Positions 26,851 through 40,096 of a stretch of 64,000 nucleotides of DNA are shown piece after piece (the stretch's first letter is position 1; every line of letters begins with the position of its first letter). This stretch comes from Nemertoderma westbladi (taxonomy: Eukaryota > Animalia > Xenacoelomorpha): positions 1 to 64,000 of the forward strand of contig JAUCBJ010000111.1 in the NCBI GenBank assembly GCA_032718475.1, in the 5' to 3' direction. The translations under genes and the position numbers were made by a program. The notes under the pieces are model-generated. The model had not been told where the DNA came from, did no database searches, and saw nothing but the letters and a program-made list of their open reading frames with translations.

Positions 26851-28559
26851 GCGGCAAATTTAAAATATCATCTGTCTATTAATTAACGGATTTTCGTCCA
26901 GTTTTCCCCCTGTCTCGGAATTTTATATACGGAGAAATTATACCCTTTTTAATTTCTGCTTATTACCGGTAAGTGTTTTTTTTTAGCACGTATAGTGTTT
27001 TATTTCTATCTTATAACCTATGCTATACGGATACTAATTCGTTTATTGTTTTGTTAGATTCAGCGTTTCTTGGACGTGGTTTTTAGTGAAAACCTGTTAT
27101 TATTTTTCTTTCACATATAAATTCTGGTATACTGCACATGGACCCAAAACAAAAATATAATTCTAAAATATAGAACTGTAACGATTTCTATGTCTTTCCT
27201 TGAATAAAGGGCCTCTGTTACCCAGATATGGGGGCTGGACGCAATAAAAATTCATCCCTTTCCAAGCGAAATTGGACGCAAAAAACAGACGCAGATGATT
27301 ACTCACAAAAATATAACTGTAACCTGTTCTATAGTGATTAGTTTATTGTTTTGGTTAAAATAACGCGCCACTGTAACCTGCTCCTTTTTCCTAAATTGAG
27401 AATTTAACATTGAGGTGGGATATTAATTCGCCAAGGCGGGTTTTGCGTCCAGTCCCCCCCCCCCCCCCCGTCTATGGTAACCTACTCCTTTCTTTAAATT
27501 GATAAATTAGCATGAGACGAAACGTTAATTCAGAGAGATGGGATTTGCGTCAATTAGCCTGTTTTCCTATCCAATAGCTGGCGTATTCAACACAAACAAC
27601 AGGTGGTTGTAACGTCTTACAGGCTTGTGTTTCTATGACACCAGCCAATCAGATCCCGTACCTACTGTATCTGCTTACCGTGTAGCCACCACGGTATTAC
27701 ACCACATGACACCGGATGCAGTTCATAGCAACGACATACACACCTAAAACATTTAATTTATGTTATGTAACATAATTAAAAGTACAAAATTATAAAAGTT
27801 ACTCAAAAAAATATAACCTGAGTCCTGAATTAGCATTTTAAGCAAGAAGCGCGAAATCGTGCAAAGGTCCGTGTCTACTAGCGCATTAACTGTCTCCACC
27901 TTGAATGGCTTACTACCAATCTGAATGATGATTTAAAGATTATAAAGTAAACCAATTACAAAATCGAAATATTTTATTAAAAATAAAAGTTTAACCGGAA
28001 GTGTAGGGATTGAACTCGTTACCTAGAGATTCCAAGTCCAACGCTATACCAACTCGCCACTGTGCACTGAACTGTATGAGCTTTATAAAACTAAAACCCA
28101 ACTGGAAATTAACAACATCAACAACGGGAACGGAGTGAATACTAAAGGTCTCGCTACGCGGACCTAAAAACATGGGAACAATAATCTGGAGTGCGATTTA
28201 TGCGATAAAAATTATTCAACAATCTAACAAAAATTCAACAAAGTTAATCAGCTGATAAAATACACAGTTTTTGAAACAAGTCTGCCAGTTGTTGTAGGCT
28301 ACTACTACTAACTGTGGTGTCTGAGTCTCTGCCTCTGAGTAGAATTAACCTCTCCGTATCTTTTTTGTATGTTACCGGTAGTAAGCAGCAGAGCTGGTAA
28401 GTCAGATTTCTGCTTTACATGTACATGTACCGGTGCCGATTCTTATTAAATTCAAATATAAATAGACCCACCGGTTGTATATTTAATTCTAATATTATAT
28501 ATTCTTACACTTATTCTCGTAATTTCCAATTATTGACACACAAATTATCTAACAGAACA

Positions 28560-30350
28560 ATGACGTCAAAGGGAGAGCAATCGGTCCAATACGCAATACT
28601 TAGTGTCTCTGATAAAACCTCATTGATAGAGGTCGCCTCCAGGCTGCTAAAAACCGGACTCCATCTAGCGGCGAGCGGGGGAACAGCCAAGGCGATTCGC
28701 GATGCGGGTATGCCAGTACAGGACATATCGGAGCTGACAGGGGCTCCCGAGATGTTGGGTGGCCGCGTAAAGACACTCCATCCGGCGGTACACGGGGGAA
28801 TCCTAGCGCGGGAGATACCCACTGACCTCGCCGATATGGTTGCCCAGGGTTACAAACTGGTACGCGTGGTCGTCTGCAATCTGTATCCCTTCGTGAAGAC
28901 GGTGGCCAAACCGGAAGTCACTCTAGCGGACGCCGTGGAAAACATCGATATTGGCGGGGTGACGCTACTTCGTGCCGCCGCCAAGAACCACAAGAGAGTA
29001 ACGATCCTTAGCGACCCGGCTGACTACGATAGCGTACTGCTGGAGATGGAGGCGGCCGAATCGAGCGATACCAGCCGCGAAACCCGAGAACGCCTCGCGC
29101 TGAAGGCCTTTACGCACACCGCGCAGTACGACGACGCCATATCGAACTACCTGCGCCGCGAGTTGGCCACCGGCGTCGACCAGTTGTCGCTGCGGTACGG
29201 CACCAACCCGCACCAGACCCCGGCCCAGGTCTACTCGTCGCGCGGCCCGCTCCCCTTCCGCGTGCGCAACGGCGCGCCCGGATACATCAACCTTTGCGAC
29301 GCGCTCAACTCCTGGCAACTGGTGCGCGAGCTGCGCGCCGCCTTACAGCTGCCGGCCGCCGCCTCCTTCAAGCACGTGTCCCCGGCGGGCGCCGCGGTCG
29401 CAGTGCCCCTAGACGCGGACGAGGCGCGGCTCTGCATGGCGGACGACCTCGAGTTGACGCCCCTAGCGGGGGCCTACGCGCGGGCGCGCGGCGCAGACAG
29501 AATGAGCTCCTTCGGAGACTGGGTCGCTCTAAGCGACGTCTGTGATCTCGCGACCGCCAAGGTAATCTCACGGGAGGTCTCGGACGGGGTCATAGCGCCC
29601 GGGTACCACCCAGACGCCCTGACACTCCTCGCGAAGAAGAAGGGCGGTAAATACTGCGTTCTAGAAATGTCGCCGGATTACTCGCCTTCAAACCCGGTGG
29701 AAACCCGGCAGATATTCGGGTTGTCGTTGGAACAACGTCGGAATGACTTCGTTATCGATCGTTCGCTCCTCGAGAATGTGGTGACGTCACAAAGCGGTTT
29801 ATCTGAGGCCGCCGTGAGAGATCTTCTAGTAGCTACGATTGCGCTGAAGTACACGCAGTCCAACAGCGTCGCGTATGCGAAGAACGGCCAGCTGATCGGG
29901 ATTGGGGCGGGGCAGCAGTCCAGGATCCATTGCACGCGACTGGCCGGGGATAAGGCGGACAACTGGTGGCTGAGACACCATCCCGCGGTGCTGGGGATGC
30001 GGTTCAAAGCGGGGGTTAAACGCGCGGAGAAGTCCAACGCGATAGACCTGTACGTGAACGGGTCGCTGGACGGGGGGGCAGACCGCGGAGAGTGGGAGGC
30101 CTTGTTCGAGTCGCCGCCGGAGCTGCTGACCGCCGATCAGCGTCGCGAATGGATCCGGAAACTCTCCGACGTCGCTCTCTCCTCCGACGCGTTCTTCCCC
30201 TTCTCCGATAACATTGACCGCGCCGCAGCTAGCGGCGTGCGCTACATCGCCTCCCCAGCGGGGTCTACCAACGACAACGCTATCATTAACGCCTGTAACG
30301 GACACGGTATTACGTTGGCCTTCACTAAAACGCGTCTGTTCCATCATTAA
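28560..30350 (+). CDS. ATIC: Bifunctional AICAR transformylase/IMP cyclohydrolase, 596 aa, single coding exon
   Basis: Motifs [89 protein letters not shown] and RLFHH*. Probable 5'UTR intron from gtaagt at ~28397 to cag at 28555. Confidence 0.97.
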   Translation: MTSKGEQSVQYAILSVSDKTSLIEVASRLLKTGLHLAASGGTAKAIRDAGMPVQDISELTGAPEMLGGRVKTLHPAVHGGILAREIPTDLADMVAQGYKLVRVVVCNLYPFVKTVAKPEVTLADAVENIDIGGVTLLRAAAKNHKRVTILSDPADYDSVLLEMEAAESSDTSRETRERLALKAFTHTAQYDDAISNYLRRELATGVDQLSLRYGTNPHQTPAQVYSSRGPLPFRVRNGAPGYINLCDALNSWQLVRELRAALQLPAAASFKHVSPAGAAVAVPLDADEARLCMADDLELTPLAGAYARARGADRMSSFGDWVALSDVCDLATAKVISREVSDGVIAPGYHPDALTLLAKKKGGKYCVLEMSPDYSPSNPVETRQIFGLSLEQRRNDFVIDRSLLENVVTSQSGLSEAAVRDLLVATIALKYTQSNSVAYAKNGQLIGIGAGQQSRIHCTRLAGDKADNWWLRHHPAVLGMRFKAGVKRAEKSNAIDLYVNGSLDGGADRGEWEALFESPPELLTADQRREWIRKLSDVALSSDAFFPFSDNIDRAAASGVRYIASPAGSTNDNAIINACNGHGITLAFTKTRLFHH

Positions 30351-31543
30351 TTCATTGAATTAGCTGTTGAACTATTGATTAGATAAACGATGTAGATTTA
30401 TTATGCAAATTATGATTGATAATTAATTAATTATTGGTGGGATTTTTTATTAATTAAAGTTAATAATTATTGTTTTCCGTTGATTTAATCCGCCGGGTTT
30501 GTAAACGATATGTTTCCTTTACTAGTTCGTTTTTAATTTCCAGCCAACTTACATCGCCCTTTACGGTTTACCCAATAGGTGTTGTTACATAATTTTCCAT
30601 TACGACTTCTAATTATTAGGCCTATTGATTGGTTTGGAATTAATTGTTTCCTAATCTAGTGATATTAATAATAATATATTCCAAAATTTCAACATCACTT
30701 AATGCCGTAGCTATTGAGTGTCGCTTGTGAAATACCCCCGAGGTTATTGCTGGTATCGCGCTCTACTAAAGTATCAGCAGATAATCCTTGAATGGCAATT
30801 ATTTAAATTAAGTGTTTCTACATTTTATATGCGCAATTCAATTCACATTTACAAAATTGTAGTAATTACTCACCAAAACTATCTTAACAGAAAAAGTTCC
30901 ATCTTCCATCCGCAGTTTATTGATTTTATGGTTCTCATTTCGTAATGTTACTATTTTGGAATAAAACGTGCTGTGGTTATTTGCTGCAAGGTTGTTTGCA
31001 GATTTTGGAATAAAACGTGCTGTGGTTATTTGCTGCAAGGTTGTTTGCAGTTGTTTTGATTTCATTGGATTGCCTTTGTATTATGTAAATAGTTGTTTAA
31101 TTATATTTCCTATTTGTGGTTGTTGTTGAATAAATAGCGATGCAAGGTTCAAGGGTGCTAAACATTCCGACTTAATTACTTTATACGATATCAGTGGGGG
31201 GGGGGGGGGGGGGGGGGGGGGTGGCACATATGTTATCGGTTGTGCCGATGTCAGCCAGTGCCGCCAATGTGACCTTGATTAAATCAAAGAGCCTGTAAGA
31301 AGGTTTTAAACTTCAAAGAAAAAAAAGAATCATTTAATAAATGTACAACAATAATATAATTAAATAATGCATGAAACCATGCAAGAAATAATTAATTATT
31401 TTAATTAATAATTACAAACAATAAAATCTATTAAATCTACTCTGTAACAGTTCTACTGTGCGTAACACACGAAATATGTCGACCTAAGCAAATATCCGTA
31501 GTCTGGTTTCTAATTGTTTATGTAACTATAAATCCGGTGTATT

Positions 31544-33633
31544 CTAAGTGAGACCCTCCGGGAAGCCAGTGTCCGGTCGTTTAACCTCGGTCTCCGGACT
31601 GTATTGGCTCTCGTAGTCCGGCCCCCGACCCTCGATCTCCGCTAGCTTCCGCTCTCTCAACATCAACCACTTTTGCTTCATTAGGTTGCTGATAGAGTTG
31701 TGAGTTCCCGTGTGGATGCCGCCGTACTTGAGTTCGTAGTTCTCCTTGCCCAACCAGAAATCCAGGTATTCGTCCAGACACATCTGTGGCGCCTGCAGTG
31801 TAGAGAAGACAAGCTTTATAGGAATAATTCACTTTATTTTACTTAAATGTATTATAACTATTATTATTCTACTTATTCTACCGGGATTCCCTTACCACAA
31901 CTGAAATTCAGATAGTCTGCCATCATGTTATTGGGTTGGGCACTCTCGGGCAGTTGTGTAGCTCCAATCGAGCGCTTGAGAAAATAACTAAATTTCGATA
32001 TAACGATGTATAATGTTACAAAATAAATTGAACTATAGCATTTTACTATATAGCTTCCATAGTTACTGCGATTCAATTATTGAACTATTCAACTCCTTCT
32101 GCTGTCTTACTCAATGTTAAATAATTCAGTGTTCTCGAATATTTATTACGTAACTAGAGAGACGCTTAATTACCTAAACCAATATTGGATATTGAGTTCC
32201 GTTTTGGAGTTCGCCAATTGAGGACACTGAAGTTGCAATAACTTTTGAGTGAATGGATTTTGTTCAAATTACTTGCAAACCTTTTTCTACTTCGATGCTC
32301 TTTCACCACATGTAATACAATTTGATAAATTCCTCCAAAATTTTTTCAAATATCCTTTTATTTTCTTCACTGGGAAAAATAAAATAAACGGACTCCTAAG
32401 GGATACTTTTTCCCAAGGAATAAAAGTACCATCCCCCCCCCCCCTTTTGGGGAGAAACGGGTACTTTTGCAGATGGCCATTAATATTGTAATTAATACAT
32501 TACCTGCATGGTGTCTCCGTTGTATTTCTTTGCGCAGGCGAGGTAACGCCGCCGTAATAAACTCATAATGTTGTACTCCACGGCCCGGTCTCGTATCAAC
32601 TGGTTGTCCGACTCGTAAATGCAGGTCATGTCGTCCTGGTAACACTCGTCTACCGTGGGTATCCGCGGGTAGCGCTGCGAAATATTAACTTATATTACAA
32701 ATAGTAATTCCAGAGATTTAATTATAATGAAAAAATATAAAATTGTACACGTTAATAATAAGGATAAATGATGTATTGTTCACATGGGCGAATTGAAGTG
32801 CTTAAAATAAGTTATTAAACGAAATAATTAAAATTGTTATATCAACACGAAGGTAGGCCTTTACAATAATAAGGAATATTATTAACAATATTACAATTTA
32901 CCATGTCCGATATCGCACGACCTACTAACTGTACTGTCAGACTGTAGTAGGATGAGCATTTACTCCAGTACTCACAAGAAACTGTGTGTGTGCAACACAG
33001 CCACGGGAAAATAATACTACATAATTATTGTCTGGTTGTAGTGTTAGCATTGGATCGAAGGGAAGTCTTTTCCATGCATAACACGAGCACACTTGCAGAC
33101 TATAGCGGCAAGCCAGTCAACCGCGTAGTTTTTACTCACCTTTTCACCCCACCCCCGGCTCACCCCACTGTTCAGCTGTTAGATAGTTAGTTAGATTAAT
33201 GTTAGATATTACCTAAACCGCGCCCAGCATACAGCGGAAGCCAGGAAGACCTATATAATCGAATCTACCTACCGTATGATATAAGGGATGGTCCTTAACC
33301 AGTTAACTGCCTTATTACCTTATGAAAGTAGAAGAACGGTCCGTGTTTCTCCCGCCATTTGAGACGTCGCGAATCCACGAATTCCTTCCACACAATCAGC
33401 GGGTAGTAGTAGCTGTAATAAATTAAATGCCCCGCGAGACGATGTACCTGGGTAACGGGATGCCGGACCACTTCGTCGCCCTTGTACTCCTCGAAGTGCT
33501 CGGAGAGTCCCCAGACCTCCTTGTGCACCTGGTCCCTCGTCTGGTGAGGGGGGCGGCGTTCGTTTCCGACCCCGTCGAACCAGTTACCGGTACGGGGAGT
33601 TTGTGCTACTATCGTCGAAACCGAAATACCCAT
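31544..33633 (-). CDS. NDUFB10: Complex I subunit NDUFB10; exons 33633-33319, 32674-32504, 31792-31544
   Basis: Spliced ...FFYFHK/RYPRIPTVDECYQDDMTCIYESDNQLIRDRAVEYNIMSLLRRRYLAC.../APQMC...YELKYG...LMKQKWLMLRERK matches the NDUFB10 pattern (YYHRRYRRVP..EC...C.YEA..Q..RD..VD..I, KQ..RML.ER). Both introns are phase 0, GT-AG. Confidence 0.9.
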
Positions 33634-36412
33634 TTGTTTCGATCATCCGAAAGTGCGATTTCCGATTGCCGATCACAGGATCAGGGCGACATTTAAATCA
33701 TATAATTATAATAGCCTACCTACAGACCTAACTCAGTAACTCGGTAGTCGCAGTCGGTAGGCCTAAGATTGTTTTTTCTTTTAATTAATTAAATCTGCAA
33801 TTTAGGCCTACAGTACCCAGTCAGTTAGTCAGTGTGGGCCTACCTGCCTACTGCAGTACTGCAGTTACTGAGTTATACAGTCTGACAGTTATGGTTATAT
33901 GATATGATGCCTTATCAGCTTATCAGTATCACTGTATCAGCCATTCAGACTGTCCTGACTATGACGACTGTCCCGTTACTGCGTTATACAAGTAAAGTCA
34001 AGGACAAATTCAAATTCAAATTCGTATATTTCTTTCACTTATAACTAAAACATACACGAATTGCACAGATTAACATAGTAAATATTGGCAGCAGAGGCGC
34101 AGGCAATAGCAGAGCTAGTGGAGCCAGGGCCAATGCGTAAGTCATAAGTGGGAGGAGGGGGGGGGGGGGTAGGAGGAGTGGGGGAGGAGGGGGGTGGGGG
34201 GGGGGGGGGGGGGTGCGTTTTGTTGCTCAGATTAGGGTGAATTTAATGAAGTGCTCATGGAGTACAGTATGCTGCAATTTAAGTAGTACCGAGGTGGATC
34301 ATTTCAAACACAGGACGTTATGTCTTGAAAAATAAATGGGGTTATCGCATGGACGTTATGTCTTGAAAAATAAATGGGGTTATCGCATGGCGTGATGTTG
34401 GAATAGAGTTATGTTATCAGAGATTTAAATATAATTTAGAATATGTCGTTTATATGCCTTTGAGAATGAGTTTTTAGAATTTTTGATCTTGATTTCAGAG
34501 GGAACCGAGTTCCAGATGGTTGGGCCCTGATAACGGATAGAGCATTGGGAGGAATCTAATCTAACTAAAGGGACGATGAAGCCAAAAGAGGCAGCTAAGC
34601 GGGTAGAATATCCATGAGAGATTTTTTTAAATAATTTACCGATGGGGGAGGTTGGAAGAATAGTGTTATTATTTGCGTCGTACATAAGTAAGGCGGTTTG
34701 ATGTTTGTATAGAAGGTCAATGGGTAAAATAGATAACGATTTGTAAATAGGGTTGGATGATGAACGGCTGTGAGAAAATGTAATACAACGAATTATTTTA
34801 TTAATTTTGGTACGTAGGGGTTTAAGCGTAGAAGAATGGGTTTTTCCCCAAATTAAGATACCATATAATAGATAGGGGTGGATAAGGGAAAAATATAGTT
34901 GGCGTAAGATATTTAATGGAAAAATGTATCTGAGTTTATAGAATAAACCACCGGTTTTGGAGATTTTTTTAATTATTGAATTAATATGTGACTTCCAGCA
35001 AAGTTTATTATCAACCGAAATACCTAAAAATTTTGTTGAGATTTTAAAATCGATAAGAGTATTATTTATTTGAATTTTAAGATCTGTGGGGTTAAAACGT
35101 TTGTTAGAAAGGATAGTATATTCAGTTTTGGTTAGATTTAAGGAGAGTTTGTTATCAGACAGCCAATCAGAGAGGGTGTTGAGTTCAGAGTTAACAAAGT
35201 CGCTTAGTAGAGGTAAGTTCGAACCAGTGGCGTATAGAGTAGTGTCATCGGCAAAGAGCGTAGTGAAAAGTCGGGTAGCGTTTGGGAGGTCGTTAATGTA
35301 AAGGAGGAATAGGAGGGGGGACAAGGTGGCGCCTTGAGGGACGCCGGTGTTTAGAGGAAGGTAGGAGGATGTATTATTTCCAATAGAAACGCATTGGGTG
35401 CGAGCAGAGAGATAGCTGGAAAATAATTGTAGTGGTAGGCCGCGGATACCATAGCAGGAGAGTTTTTGGAGAAGTATATCGTGGTTAATTGTGTCGAACG
35501 CTTTTTTTAGATCAATATATATTACACAGGAATAATTTTTATTGTCGAGGTACTGGTGTAAATTTTCAATGACGGATAGTAGGGCATGAGAGGTGGTAGT
35601 CTTGGGGCGGAAACCATATTGGCAGGATGAAAGGATCGAGAATTTATGTATGTAGGAGAGAAGCTGCGAGTTAATTAATTGTTCAAAAATTTTACTAAGA
35701 ATTGGCAAGAGAGAGATGGGACGGTAATTATTTCGATCGCAGTGTTCACCTGATTTAAAAACTGGGATAACTTTGGCTTTTTTTAAAGTGTCCGGGAAAA
35801 AACCGTGGGAAATAGCTGATATATTAAAGAGATAACTTAGGATATCAGATAATTGCTTAGCAGCTAGAATAAGTAAGCGAGTTGGAAAAGGGTCATTGGA
35901 GGCAGTGTGTGGGTCTAGTTGTAGTAGTTTATATTCAACTTCAATAGGACAGCTTTCGATTAACGAGAAAGAATTGCGAGGTGGATTTATGTGGCGAGTT
36001 GGTCTGCGTGGTGAAGAGGGAATTGTACTAGCTAGTGATTGGCCAATAGTGGAAAAGTGTTGATTGAATAGATCTGCTATAGAAGTTGGGTCAGTAATTG
36101 TTTCAGTAGAAAGATCAGTTTTAACAGTGAGTTTAGTTGGGAGTTTGGAGGAGTTGTTTCTATTTAGCGCCGAATTTATTATAATCCACGTTTTTTTAAT
36201 GTTACCGGCATTTTCTTGGAACTGTCTGGTGTAGTATTTTTTCTCAGCTGTGCGGAGAATAGAGGTTAATTTATTTCTGTAAACTGTAAAAGTCTTGTGA
36301 TTGCTGGAAGTGGGATTTTTAATATATAAATATTAATGACGAGTAAGGGTCTTGAGCCACGTGTCCAAGTGTCCAAACGGTCCCGCGTAACCTCCCATCG
36401 TTAGGTAAACTG

Positions 36413-36874
36413 TTGATCACCAAGTCCGAGCCAACTCTGCCTCTTGGTAATCACTCTTGCAATGGGCCTCGTTGCAAATGCTGCTCGGCCGTTCTAGACC
36501 AGCGCCGGACACCATGGGGTGACCCCATCCATGGGAGATTTAACTGCAAATCATTTAATGTGATATATTTTATCAAATGTAAACTGCATCCACACTTGTG
36601 GTATCTCGGCCAGACAGAACAGCGTTTACATGAGCGCCTCCGAGGTCACCGTAGTGCCATAAATGACGCAGCTGGCAAGGGGCTAGGAGTCGATTTATCG
36701 AGTCCTGAAGTCTTGCTACTGCAACACTTTGTTATTTGTGGGATCGGTGCGCTCAATATTACATGTTCTAAAAGGTTTACTAACCACGAGCGTAGGATTC
36801 ATTCTGAAGCGGTTCTAATTAACTTGCATCGCCCCCCACTTAACACTGTAGTTCCCCGTATTGGTCTGTACTAA
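36413..36874 (+). CDS. Penelope-type GIY-YIG endonuclease domain, C-terminal fragment
   Basis: CNGPRCKCC...FNCKSFNVIYFIKC...YLGQTEQRLHERLRGHRS...HF...E..LI....P.LN. Confidence 0.85.
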   Translation: MITKSEPTLPLGNHSCNGPRCKCCSAVLDQRRTPWGDPIHGRFNCKSFNVIYFIKCKLHPHLWYLGQTEQRLHERLRGHRSAINDAAGKGLGVDLSSPEVLLLQHFVICGIGALNITCSKRFTNHERRIHSEAVLINLHRPPLNTVVPRIGLY

Positions 36875-37557
36875 AACATGTGAACTTTGTTTTGTATATT
36901 CTACTTAGGATTTTGTATTAATCAGTTTGGTTTTATTTTATATCTTATTGTTTTGCTAACTATGTGGCTCGCCCCACATGCCCGCCTTAATGATAATTTC
37001 ACCTCCAGTCATACAGCTGCTATTTGCTTTTTGAATAGCTGGCCCCTCTGGATATTTACCCTATGGCGTAGTTAGTATTACTCAATCATTCTGTTAGTTT
37101 TATTTAATTAATTTTAAAGATTTTATTACTGCTTTTATTTCTGAGGTTTTTTTTATATGTTTTTATACACATGTCATTCGTATACACTATATCACTGTTG
37201 TTTTATTATTTTATCAGCCTTTATTTGTTTTTATAGATATTCTACTTAATAGCAGGATAGGGTACACCATTGGTTTAGTTTTTATTTACTATTAATTTTT
37301 TAAAAGTTTTTAACATTTTAATACCTTTATTTTAAATTTTGATTTGAGTTAGTTTTGGTGCATTATGAATTTCCGATATAATTTCAAACCATGCTCAACT
37401 TCTTCTACCGGTCTGCCACTTTACACAGCTAATATCTTTATTAAAATAGTCATAACTACTATACAGTACCATAACGGTATCGGTTTTGTATATATCTTTG
37501 TAGGTTTTGAATTGGTTGTTTTAGTTAAATTATATTAATATTGTGTTTAAAATAATA

Positions 37558-37598
37558 TACCACTGAAGACGCGCGGGAAGCGTGAAATAGCTATGGTA
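37558..37598 (+). ncRNA. Minimal type I hammerhead ribozyme
   Basis: TACCA-CTGAAGA-C-GCGC(GGGAA)GCGT-GAAA-TAGCTA-TGGTA: helix I TACCA/TGGTA, CUGANGA and GAAA cores, 4-bp helix II, palindromic helix III, CUA cleavage triplet. Confidence 0.8.
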
Positions 37599-40096
37599 AA
37601 CTAACAATTTTTATATTAGCCGTGGCTCAAGACCCTTACTCGTCATTAATATTTATAATTTGAGTATGCTTACGCCACGAAAGGCATCGTTCCATTACAT
37701 TAACTCGCTTGATTTTTAATATAGGTACGGTAAAGTTTATTTTTTGTGAGAGTACAATTTATTAGGTTTTCTGTCATCCATGGCTTAAGTGTGATGGAGC
37801 GAAGAGGGACTACGGTGCGGGGAACGTGAGAATAACATAAGTTATTAAGGTCATTGTAAAAGTTGTCGAATTTATCAGAAGCGTTTAAATTGTTAGTCAA
37901 TGTACTGTTGCTCAGAGACTCGATGTCGGAAGTAAATGCAGTTTGATTGAAGTTGGAGTAGTCGAATTTAAATGTTTGTTTAGGGGCAACGAATATAGAC
38001 GGGTATTTTTCAAGAATAACAAAAGTGGGTTGGTGGTCGGTGGTTCCAATTTTACATGAAATTGTTCCAGAAGTAGTGGAGTGGGATGTAATGTTAGTAA
38101 ATATATGGTCGATTAGTGTTTCAGAGTGAATGGTGCGGTTGGATAATTCAGAATGAAAAATTCGAGTGGGTTTGTTGATCAGTTGTACGAATCCGTAAGA
38201 AGACATTAGGTCGACATAGGAAGAGGAATCAGTGTTCGGTTTAAGTAAGTTAATATTCATGTCGCCGGTTATAATAATGTCAAGGTTATTTTTTGTAAAT
38301 TTAGAAAGTGTAGAGTCAAGTAAGGATAGAAAGTCAGCGTGAACAATGGTGTCAGGGCGATATATTGTACCAATTATAAGAGGTTTGGAATTACGGGGAC
38401 GTTTAATTTTAACCCAAGTGCTCTCGAGCCCAGCCATCTGAATATCTGGATAATCGCTGATTTCAAGATCATTTGATACAAAAATAGCAGTACCACCTCG
38501 GTTTAATTTTTTTCTATACGAACGATTGGTGAATTGCGAAAAAAAAAAAACCTACTAATAATTATGTATTACACGTGTACTCGTTAAATCCTGATGCTGC
38601 CCTGTCTCAATGTTAAATAATTATATATTCTGGAGCATTTATGAGGTACGTAGAGAGCCACTCAAATATTAAAATGAAGAAACCCATATTTGTTATTGAA
38701 TTATATTTTGGTATACGTCGCACTGACATTAAAATTGTAAAAAAATTGAGTGTGTCGATGAATTTTTCTTCTCAAATTTCGCCCAATCCTTTTCTGCTTC
38801 GATCCTGTTTCGTCGGTTGTGTAACAACACTTTTTTTGCCATAGGGGAAAAGTGCTTGGGGTATATTTGAACCAAAAAGTAACAATTTAAGAATAAACAT
38901 TTTAGTCGGTCGGTTGTCTGTCTGTATATCTTACATTTTGACAGACAGATTGGCAGACAGATATTCCACGATAACTCAAGAACTAAAACAGATCTTTCTA
39001 AGCCGTTTTCAGATTTGAAATCCTCATTAAATTATCTCTACATTCAATTAAAATCAAATTTCTGAAATTTTGAATTGATTGAAGACTTTACGGGCTTAAT
39101 CATGGTTGGAAACTATGGATGTATCTACCATCTGGTGAAAACAAACAAAACCAGCAGAAAGTTATAGAGCGGCAGGCCGCCGGTCTGATTATGCGCAATA
39201 AAAACTGCGCTATTATCCCTCTCCACTACATTATACTGTACGAAGTCTAATCTGGGATAAGGGAAATGATGGTACTAAAAACCGACATGATATTATGAGT
39301 GTTGGCTCAGCAGACTCAAAATGCGTCCAGTGTTATGCAGTCCCACAACCAATTTCCCTACTTAACCATGGATACTCCAAAGATGTAATTCGTGGTTCAA
39401 TAACCAATGTTCCTAATTGGATGGATATCATGAACGCAAACTTTGTGGAGGACGTCTACAGCCTAAGCTACTCAACATTTAGCGACAAACATCGTCGGAT
39501 ACGGGAACATTTTAATGTGTAAAGGAAATCGAATATGCACAGCTGGATGTTGGATCACGGAACTCTAGAACTCTCAGCGATACGGTACTAAGAGGTCCCC
39601 ATATATGCTGCATGATCGCCGTAACAACCCTTCTATCTTGAGAACTGACTCGGTTCGGACTCGGTTAGGGTCTAATAATCTATATCAAATATATAACTTT
39701 TAGCACTGAACGACGCCCTTTGCCGTACTTAGTGCTTTTTAATGGATTTTAATGTGTTATTGTGTCACTGTGGTTTGTTTTTAATAATTAATAATATATC
39801 AATTTATTTGATTAAAAGCAATGAAATGAAATGATACAATATTCTTGATTGTTATTGTGGCGAAGGTATAAAGTGCAGTACATAAGTGTTCCCAATAAAT
39901 CCATACAGTGCCTTAATGGTGTAACCAGCCCATGCACCCCTTACATACGAAGTAATAGCTAAAGTATAGGAAGAAATAAATTATTAAAGCACAACGAAAT
40001 AAACCAAACAGCACAATATTATATAAAGTATAGATAATCAAAAAATAATACCCGATACTACACTAATACCCCGTTCGGAGACTTTCATTAAAGCAA

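Larger units (their letters stand above)
36327..37710 (+). mobile_element. 5'-truncated Penelope-like retroelement
   Basis: GIY-YIG ORF, hammerhead ribozyme, 37-bp inverted repeat (36325-36361 vs 37621-37657) and 13-bp TSD GATTTTTAATATA (36314-36326, 37711-37723). Confidence 0.9.
34006..38537 (-). mobile_element. 5'-truncated CR1/L2-group LINE ORF2 (APE endonuclease + RT), interrupted at 36327-37710
   Basis: APE motifs IGTIYRP, GDMNIN, LIDHIF and TDH at 37700-38437; RT motifs NYRPISLL, QYGFR, DLKKAFD, GVPQG, LFADD and YGILIWG at 34425-36326; (GAATTT)n tail at 34006-34023. Confidence 0.93.

Noticed and set aside
28511-30347. Overlapping antisense and alternate-frame ORFs in ATIC
   Set aside because: Expected by-products of GC-rich coding sequence.
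28560-30350. ATIC as bacterial contamination or horizontal transfer
   Set aside because: The motifs are animal/fungal type, there is a probable spliceosomal 5'UTR intron, and the flanks are continuous with host repeats.
39240-39720. 75-aa ORF and nearby coding-like sequence
   Set aside because: No recognisable motif or convincing splice structure; possibly a decayed element.
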